DNA from: Bacteriovoracaceae bacterium
Lineage (GTDB): Bacteria > Bdellovibrionota > Bacteriovoracia > Bacteriovoracales > Bacteriovoracaceae
Reading direction: 5' to 3'
DNA length: 64,000 nucleotides
NCBI GenBank assembly: GCA_048270185.1
Contig: JBLWTJ010000002.1
Coordinates: 1 to 64,000, forward strand
The number at the start of each line of letters is the position of its first letter. The stretch's first letter is position 1. Positions 58,036-64,000 of the stretch are shown here, one piece after another. The notes beneath the pieces are model-generated. The model saw only the letters and a program-made list of their open reading frames with translations. It had not been told where the DNA came from and made no database searches. The translations under genes and the position numbers were made by a program.

Positions 58036-58836
58036 ATGAATGGATTGAGAATACTAGTTTATGCCCTATTACTTCTTTCTACTGCTAATACTTTGGCCAA
58101 TCAAGATGATCTTGTTGGAAGGTATGCCCATTACGATGTGGTTTCATATGAAGGCAAGCTCTTTGGCCCTATCAAATTAAAGAATAGAATCATAAGCTTT
58201 GGTATCACTGAGTTCTACTACGAAGGAGACAAGCTCTTTACGAAGGACCGTTTCTGCTTCTCAGAATATAAAGCAAATATCCCATTCCAGGCCAAAACAT
58301 CTGATGAATTTACGAGAGCTATTGAACCTGAAGTTGTTGAAATGGAAATTATGACAACAAATGGAGAGCTTCTTATTCACCGTCCAGAGACACCGACTCT
58401 TCTTGGGGTGGAGCTAGGCTCTTACACAGACGACTTTCCAACTGACCCAAATGATCCTCGCTTCATTGATGCCGATGAAGATGGAAGGCCAGGTGTTACT
58501 GTTAATCTAACCTTTGGGCCTTTTCTTAATGAAGAACTCTATATCGCGCGCAAGGAAATCTTCTCTTACGATTTAAAAAGAAGAAGTAATGGCATCCTTG
58601 CAGGATTCGTCCGCGACCGTTCTCAGCAATATATCATCTCAGCATCAAAGAAAGATCTTGTAACCGAGAGTAATCCAATTCAGAATCCTGATCTTGAGAA
58701 GAGTCCAATCTATCTCATTCCTCTAAAAGATGGTGATTATAATATCGATTGTGATGAACTTAAGGCAAAACGCAGAGAATACTTCCCAAGAAAAGATCGT
58801 GCCCACAAGAGTTTTTACCGCCGCTACGGTAAGTAA
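58036..58836 (+). CDS. Secreted hypothetical protein
   Basis: Signal peptide; DADEDGRPG Ca-binding-like loop. Confidence 0.7.
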   Translation: MNGLRILVYALLLLSTANTLANQDDLVGRYAHYDVVSYEGKLFGPIKLKNRIISFGITEFYYEGDKLFTKDRFCFSEYKANIPFQAKTSDEFTRAIEPEVVEMEIMTTNGELLIHRPETPTLLGVELGSYTDDFPTDPNDPRFIDADEDGRPGVTVNLTFGPFLNEELYIARKEIFSYDLKRRSNGILAGFVRDRSQQYIISASKKDLVTESNPIQNPDLEKSPIYLIPLKDGDYNIDCDELKAKRREYFPRKDRAHKSFYRRYGK

Positions 58837-58843
58837 GAGAGAA

Positions 58844-58872
58844 AGTGGAATAATGATTTCAATTATTCCACT
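58844..58872. terminator. Hairpin between convergent genes
   Basis: AGTGGAATAAT-N7-ATTATTCCACT. Confidence 0.55.
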
Positions 58873-58891
58873 ATAAAATTTTAATTACTAT

Positions 58892-59119
58892 CTAGTGATC
58901 GTGATTATCTGACTCTTCACCGTGACCTTCACATTCACATTGTGTTTCAGGTTTCCCACATTCGTTACACATTTCAACTTTCTTACGACGTTTCTTTTTT
59001 ACTTTAGATTGTTTATCTTCTTTTTTTCCGATGATTTCATTTAAATCACTGTTAGCAAATGAACTCGATGAAAAGAAAAGAGAACTAAACGTTAGTCCTA
59101 TAATTAAAGTTAATTTCAT
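58892..59119 (-). CDS. Small secreted Cys/His-rich putative metal-binding protein
   Basis: Signal SFA; CNECGKPETQCECEGH...HDH; ATGA overlap with the czcA stop. Confidence 0.7.
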   Translation of the reverse strand: MKLTLIIGLTFSSLFFSSSSFANSDLNEIIGKKEDKQSKVKKKRRKKVEMCNECGKPETQCECEGHGEESDNHDH

Positions 59120-62100
59120 ACTTCCTCCGTATTATCAGTATTAAATTTAAGAATCCATTTCTCTAAACTAGAGTAGAAAACTGGTATTACAATTAGGGTT
59201 AAAAATGTAGATGAAATAATACCACCGATAATAACGGTAGCTAGCGGTTTTTGAACTTCAGCTCCAAGGCCTGTGGCAATTGCCATTGGTAAGAATCCGA
59301 GGATATCAGTCAATGCAGTCATCATCACCGGTCTTAGTCGTAGTAAAGAGCCTTTCTTAATAACCTCTTCACCAGTTTCTCCCTTTGCTCTTAGACGATT
59401 GAAGTTATTAACAAGAACGACACCATTTAACACTGCAATTCCTGATAGAGCGATGAAACCGACTCCGGCGGATACACTAAATGGTATACCTTTCACAATC
59501 AGAGCGACAACTCCTCCAACGAGAGCAAAAGGTACACATAAGAAGATAAGCACAGTTTCAAATATATTTCTAAAAGCAGCATAGATCATTACAAGAACGA
59601 AGATCAGTGCCAGTGGCCCTAAGATTGCTAATCTCTTCTTGGCCTCATTTAAATTTTTAAAATTCCCGCCCCATTCCATGTAGTAACCAGGAGGTAACTT
59701 AATTTTCTCTTCGACGGCCTTTTGTGCGTCTTGAATAAATGACTCAGTATCACGTCCCCTTGGGTTGATTAAGACCGCGATTCTCCTCTTAGTTTCTTCA
59801 CGACTAAATGATGAGTAATTATCGACAAAGTGAATATTGGCGACTTGATTTAAAGGGATAGTAGAGCCACCTGTAAGCCCTACTGGAAGCTTTTCTATTT
59901 CACTTATATCATTTCGCTTTTGACCACCAAGTCTGACTATGATTGGAAATCGCTTCATTCCTTCATAGAAAATACCAACCTGATCTCCACCAATTGCTAT
60001 TCCTACGGTTTCGAGAACCTCTGAAGCAGAAATACCAAGCTTCTTTAAGACTTTATACTTTGGCTTAATCTCTAAGACCGTCATCTTTCCTTTGGCCTCT
60101 AGTTCAACATCTCCTGCACCTTCGATGCCTTGAATGACGGCAACAATCTTCTGCGCTTCCTCAGTAAGAACATCTTGATTCTCTCCGAATACCTTTAGTG
60201 AAACATCGGAGCGTGTCCCTTCCATTAGTTCATTAAAACGAAGTTGAATTGGTTGGCTGACAAGTATTCTCTGGCCAGGAGTTGTGGCCTCTAGTTCTTG
60301 AACAATTTCTGCCACAATTTCATCTTTGGTTCTGAGTTTACCATTAACTAGAGGCCTATCCTTCTCAGGCTTTAGCATGATATAGCTATCTGATATATTA
60401 GGGCCCATTGGATCCATTGAAATCTCAGCCGTACCGATGCGACTGAAGATATGACTAACTTCAGGTATTGATTTAATGATATTTTGTGATTTCTCTTCAA
60501 GAGCGACAGAGTGATTAATCCCTACACTTACAGGCCTAATCATTTGCACTGCAATTGAGCCTTCATTTAATGTCGGAAGAAACTCCCCCCCAAGTCTTGT
60601 AAAGAGTATTCCTCCTAGAACAATCGATAAGATCGCTCCTGCAAAGACAAGTCGCTTTGCCTTGAGAGAGAAATTTAAAGCTGGTGCATAAATCCTCTCA
60701 AGCCAGCGCATTAAAAGAGGTTCACTGTCTTTCACATTTCCCTGTAAGAGTAATGATCCAAGAGCAGGAACAAATGTGAAGGAAAGTGCGACGGCCGCAA
60801 GAATCGCAAAGATAAAAGTAGCTGCCATTGGAATGAACATCTTCCCCTCTATTCCGACGAAGGCAAAGACTGGAAGAAAGACCACAACGATAATCAATTC
60901 ACCAAATCCTGCCGACTTTCTAATCTCCATCGTAGCATCGTGTATCGTATCTTTTATCTCACGTGAAGTTAGTTTACGGCCAAGTGATTTTGCATTCTGC
61001 TGAATATGGCGTACACAATTATCGAGAACAATTACCGCGCCATCAATGATAATCCCAAAGTCGAGAGCACCTAGACTAACTAGATTTCCAGATATTCCAT
61101 ACTTTCTCATAAGAATAAATGTTATGAGTAATGAGATAGGAATAACGATGGCCGTAATGAGTGCAGCTCTTAGGTTTCCAACGAGTAGGAAGAGAATAAT
61201 GATAACCAGTGATGCCCCCGTAATGAGGTTATGCTTTACCGTATCAAGAGTTGCATTAACGAGGTCTGAACGATTATAAAGAGTTTCGATTTTATAACCT
61301 TTTGGAAGCCCTTTCTTAATTTTTTCGACTTGTTCTGCAACCCTTAGACTTACTTCCCTTGAGTTCTCTCCAAGTAGCATAAGGACTGTTCCTAGAACAA
61401 CCTCATTACCATTATGAAGAGCTGCTCCTGTGCGAAGCTCTTTACCATGTCCAACTTTTGCAATATCTGAAATTGTGACGACCTGTAAATTCCCAAGAAT
61501 TTTAACAGGAACATCTCGAATATCTTCGAGGCTTTCAAAGAGCCCAGTCGCTTGAACGATAAATTGATCTGCAGTTTGCTCAATATAGCCACCACCAGCA
61601 TTTTGATTGACCTTAGTAATGGCCTGTTCAATATCTGCAAAGTGTAAACCGTAGCGGGCCATCAATTCGGGATCTGGCTCAATATGATATTGCTTCTCAT
61701 AACCACCAATAGTATTAACTTCGGCTACACCTTTAATTGTTAAAAGCCTCTGTTTCACATACCAGTCTTGGATTGCGCGAATTTGCGTTAACTGCTCAAG
61801 TCTCTTTTCACCCGTTGCAACTTCTTCGGCCTCAATAACATAATGAAAAATCTCACCTAAGCCAGTACTAACAGGGCCAAGAGTTGGTTCAACAAAATTT
61901 GGTAATTGATTTGATATTGACTGAAGTCGCTCTGAAACAAGTTGTCGTGCTTGATAGATATCTGTCTTCTCTTCAAATACAACAGTAACTTGAGAGAGTC
62001 CATATCGTGTGATCGAACGAACCTGAGTAACTCCAGGAACACCATTCATTGCCGATTCGACAGGATATGTGACCGTTCGTTCAATTTCATCAGGGCCTCG

Positions 62101-62265
62101 GCCATCGACTTGTGTATTAACTTGAACTTGAATATTGGTAATATCAGGAACGGCATCAATTGGAAGGTGTTTAAAGCTCTCCCAACCAGCGTATGCTATA
62201 AGTGCCGTTAGCAATATTACGATCCATCTATTATCAATGGAAAATCTAACTAATTTTGAAATCAT
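59116..62265 (-). CDS. czcA: CusA/CzcA heavy-metal RND permease
   Basis: LPIDAVPDITN.QV, GALDFGIIIDG, EGKMF.PMA, RLRPVMMTA. Confidence 0.95.
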   Translation of the reverse strand: MISKLVRFSIDNRWIVILLTALIAYAGWESFKHLPIDAVPDITNIQVQVNTQVDGRGPDEIERTVTYPVESAMNGVPGVTQVRSITRYGLSQVTVVFEEKTDIYQARQLVSERLQSISNQLPNFVEPTLGPVSTGLGEIFHYVIEAEEVATGEKRLEQLTQIRAIQDWYVKQRLLTIKGVAEVNTIGGYEKQYHIEPDPELMARYGLHFADIEQAITKVNQNAGGGYIEQTADQFIVQATGLFESLEDIRDVPVKILGNLQVVTISDIAKVGHGKELRTGAALHNGNEVVLGTVLMLLGENSREVSLRVAEQVEKIKKGLPKGYKIETLYNRSDLVNATLDTVKHNLITGASLVIIILFLLVGNLRAALITAIVIPISLLITFILMRKYGISGNLVSLGALDFGIIIDGAVIVLDNCVRHIQQNAKSLGRKLTSREIKDTIHDATMEIRKSAGFGELIIVVVFLPVFAFVGIEGKMFIPMAATFIFAILAAVALSFTFVPALGSLLLQGNVKDSEPLLMRWLERIYAPALNFSLKAKRLVFAGAILSIVLGGILFTRLGGEFLPTLNEGSIAVQMIRPVSVGINHSVALEEKSQNIIKSIPEVSHIFSRIGTAEISMDPMGPNISDSYIMLKPEKDRPLVNGKLRTKDEIVAEIVQELEATTPGQRILVSQPIQLRFNELMEGTRSDVSLKVFGENQDVLTEEAQKIVAVIQGIEGAGDVELEAKGKMTVLEIKPKYKVLKKLGISASEVLETVGIAIGGDQVGIFYEGMKRFPIIVRLGGQKRNDISEIEKLPVGLTGGSTIPLNQVANIHFVDNYSSFSREETKRRIAVLINPRGRDTESFIQDAQKAVEEKIKLPPGYYMEWGGNFKNLNEAKKRLAILGPLALIFVLVMIYAAFRNIFETVLIFLCVPFALVGGVVALIVKGIPFSVSAGVGFIALSGIAVLNGVVLVNNFNRLRAKGETGEEVIKKGSLLRLRPVMMTALTDILGFLPMAIATGLGAEVQKPLATVIIGGIISSTFLTLIVIPVFYSSLEKWILKFNTDNTEEV

Positions 62266-62285
62266 CGTTGCCTCTTCTTAATCAA

Positions 62286-62699
62286 TTAATGAGCACAAGA
62301 GTCAACTGTATCAGAGTTTAGATCTGCATCAGTCATTCTTAGAAAAGTGACACCAGTAATTGCAACTTCATCACCACTTTCAAGGTCTATCGATTTGATC
62401 GTGACAGTATCCTTAGTCTGACTTAGAACAGTAACTAAAACCATCGTGATCCAATTATCCCACTTTCGATAAACACCTGTTGAGTGCTTGATTCTAATAA
62501 GAGAAGACTTAGGAATTGTCCAAGGGCCACTTCCTTTGATCAAGCTAAAGGAAACACCTAAATTCTTTATGGCCTTATCTGATAACTTAAAGCCATCCTC
62601 TTCATTAAATGCTGTAACAGCTCCACCTTTCTTTATTTCAAAATTTGCACCTGAAGCAAGTACTGTTGCTCCGATTAAAAATGCTATTATATATTTCAT
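62286..62699 (-). CDS. Miniature CzcB-like adaptor (membrane-proximal domain only)
   Basis: LSDKAIKNLGV joined to IPKSSL...L.SGDEV.ITG.TFL; sits between tolC and czcA. Confidence 0.6.
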   Translation of the reverse strand: MKYIIAFLIGATVLASGANFEIKKGGAVTAFNEEDGFKLSDKAIKNLGVSFSLIKGSGPWTIPKSSLIRIKHSTGVYRKWDNWITMVLVTVLSQTKDTVTIKSIDLESGDEVAITGVTFLRMTDADLNSDTVDSCAH

Positions 62700-62723
62700 A
62701 ATTTCTCCTCAAAAATTCTTCCA

Positions 62724-63980
62724 TCATACATATGGGATATTCCACAGTGATTTGACTGCTGTTAGCTCTCGATGATTTCGACTACGCAAATAACTTAATT
62801 TTTGCTTAAGCGATTCAAGAAATACTGAGCTTGATACAACACCCCTTAAGTATAGTTTTTCAATTCTAGTGTGCTTTTTTTCAATTTCTCTTTGCTTCAT
62901 TGTTTTCTCAAGAATTCGAACTGCACTTTCATAAACTTTTAATTGCTCAAATCGCTCATGATTCTCTTCGGCCTGTGTTAACTCAACATTCTTTTGAGCA
63001 CGAATTAATTCACTGCGAGCATGCTCCTTTCCTCCTCCATTTACTTGAAAAAGAGGGATTGGTATTGCCACATTTAAACCGATCATTGTCGTCTCTTTGG
63101 TTCCATCTCTTTCAATATTTAAAGATGGACCAATTTGTAAATTTGGCCATGCCTGAGACTTTTGATGTTCAAGATCAATTGCCGCTAATTGTGATAATGA
63201 CTTTAAACGCTTTACCTCAGGTGATGATGTACTACTTCCAGTATCTGTCAGCTTACGCCACTTTGTTGGAGTGCTCGGTAAATAGGCTTCAATCTCAGAA
63301 AGAGAGTGTCCAGTTGCAATATGGAAGAAGTGTTCCACTTTTCTCTCTTCTTCGTAGAGCTCGGATGCATTAACTTTTGTTTCTTCATAAGCAATTTCAA
63401 ATAGAGTCAAAGAAGCTTCTTGTTCCGCCGAAAGTCTTGGTAGTTTTCTTAACTGGCCAATAACTTTCTTAAATGCAGAAAGAGCTTCTTCAAGAACTTT
63501 CTTCTCATCGAGTATTTGTCTTAGGCGGTAAAGATTTAAAATAGTCTCAATTTTTACTTCGGCCTTTGTCACCTCAGTATTGGCCATTGCTTCTTTTACA
63601 GCAGCTTTTGCATATTCTTTTCGACTACTTCGCTTTCCCCCTAATTCAATTTCAAATGTTAAATTAGTTTCTAGCTCAGAGCTATCAACACCATCTTCTT
63701 GAGCTTCAAGATAGCGTGCCGATAGTGTTGGGTTTGGAAGTTGAGACGCCTTATCTTCAAGCATCGCACTACTTTCTAGATTCAAATTGCCTTTCTTGAT
63801 CCCTGGATGAAATTCTAAGGCGCACTTAATGATATCATCTGTCTTACTAGGTAACTCGCACTCTTCATGGACACCATGAATATGCTTCTTACCTTCGGCC
63901 TCGGAATGGGCCCCTTCTCTTGCCAGTGAAACCGTTACAGTTCCAAGAAGCAACAGAATACTTACATATATATTTTTCAT
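62724..63980 (-). CDS. TolC/CzcC family outer membrane factor (3' end possibly frameshifted)
   Basis: Signal peptide plus His-rich N-terminus; LPNP.L, ELGGKR..R, WPNL, IP.PLFQ.N.G. Confidence 0.88.
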   Translation of the reverse strand: MKNIYVSILLLLGTVTVSLAREGAHSEAEGKKHIHGVHEECELPSKTDDIIKCALEFHPGIKKGNLNLESSAMLEDKASQLPNPTLSARYLEAQEDGVDSSELETNLTFEIELGGKRSSRKEYAKAAVKEAMANTEVTKAEVKIETILNLYRLRQILDEKKVLEEALSAFKKVIGQLRKLPRLSAEQEASLTLFEIAYEETKVNASELYEEERKVEHFFHIATGHSLSEIEAYLPSTPTKWRKLTDTGSSTSSPEVKRLKSLSQLAAIDLEHQKSQAWPNLQIGPSLNIERDGTKETTMIGLNVAIPIPLFQVNGGGKEHARSELIRAQKNVELTQAEENHERFEQLKVYESAVRILEKTMKQREIEKKHTRIEKLYLRGVVSSSVFLESLKQKLSYLRSRNHRELTAVKSLWNIPYV

Positions 63981-64000
63981 TTTTTAAAACTCTTAATTTA

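Noticed and set aside
331..63373. Numerous 60-160 aa ORFs overlapping longer genes (for example 6187..6459, 24283..24591, 42425..42736, 59273..59584, 62900..63373)
   Set aside because: Antisense or alternate-frame shadows of well-supported genes, with no motifs or translation signals

Overview
AT-rich bacterial chromosomal window. The gene content (many secreted or lipoprotein orphans, a giant GLUG/LamG lipoprotein, an SseB-family protein, sigma28-type promoters) suggests a Bacteriovoracia/Halobacteriovorax-like predator; this taxonomy is inference only. About 55 CDS are supportable; I saw no rRNA, tRNA, CRISPR array, transposase or integrase. Ordinary genes include OYE, LLM, mgsA, MBOAT/SGNH, cstA, rlmF, M23, two RND systems, OPT, a DEAD-box helicase and a cold-shock protein. 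Unusual structure: (1) a duplicated module of atypical OmpR-like regulators and short-lid histidine kinases linked to paralogous orphan lipoproteins, each copy with a phased triple GTAAR-N4-YTTAC palindrome array; (2) an apparent leaderless architecture (-10 box, 6 nt, ATG, no SD) at nine genes; (3) two paralogous DOT1-like methyltransferases, each beside RNA-chaperone genes (RRM plus degenerate CarD; Csp plus DEAD helicase); (4) a 2.37-kb integrase-less islet bounded by a 115-bp duplication of the ygjP 3' end; (5) an RND adaptor reduced to its membrane-proximal domain and another RND operon with no adaptor; (6) a 25-bp-arm REPIN-like palindrome, a truncated WYL gene and two probable single-base frameshifts. 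All family calls come from motif recognition by eye, not database searches.
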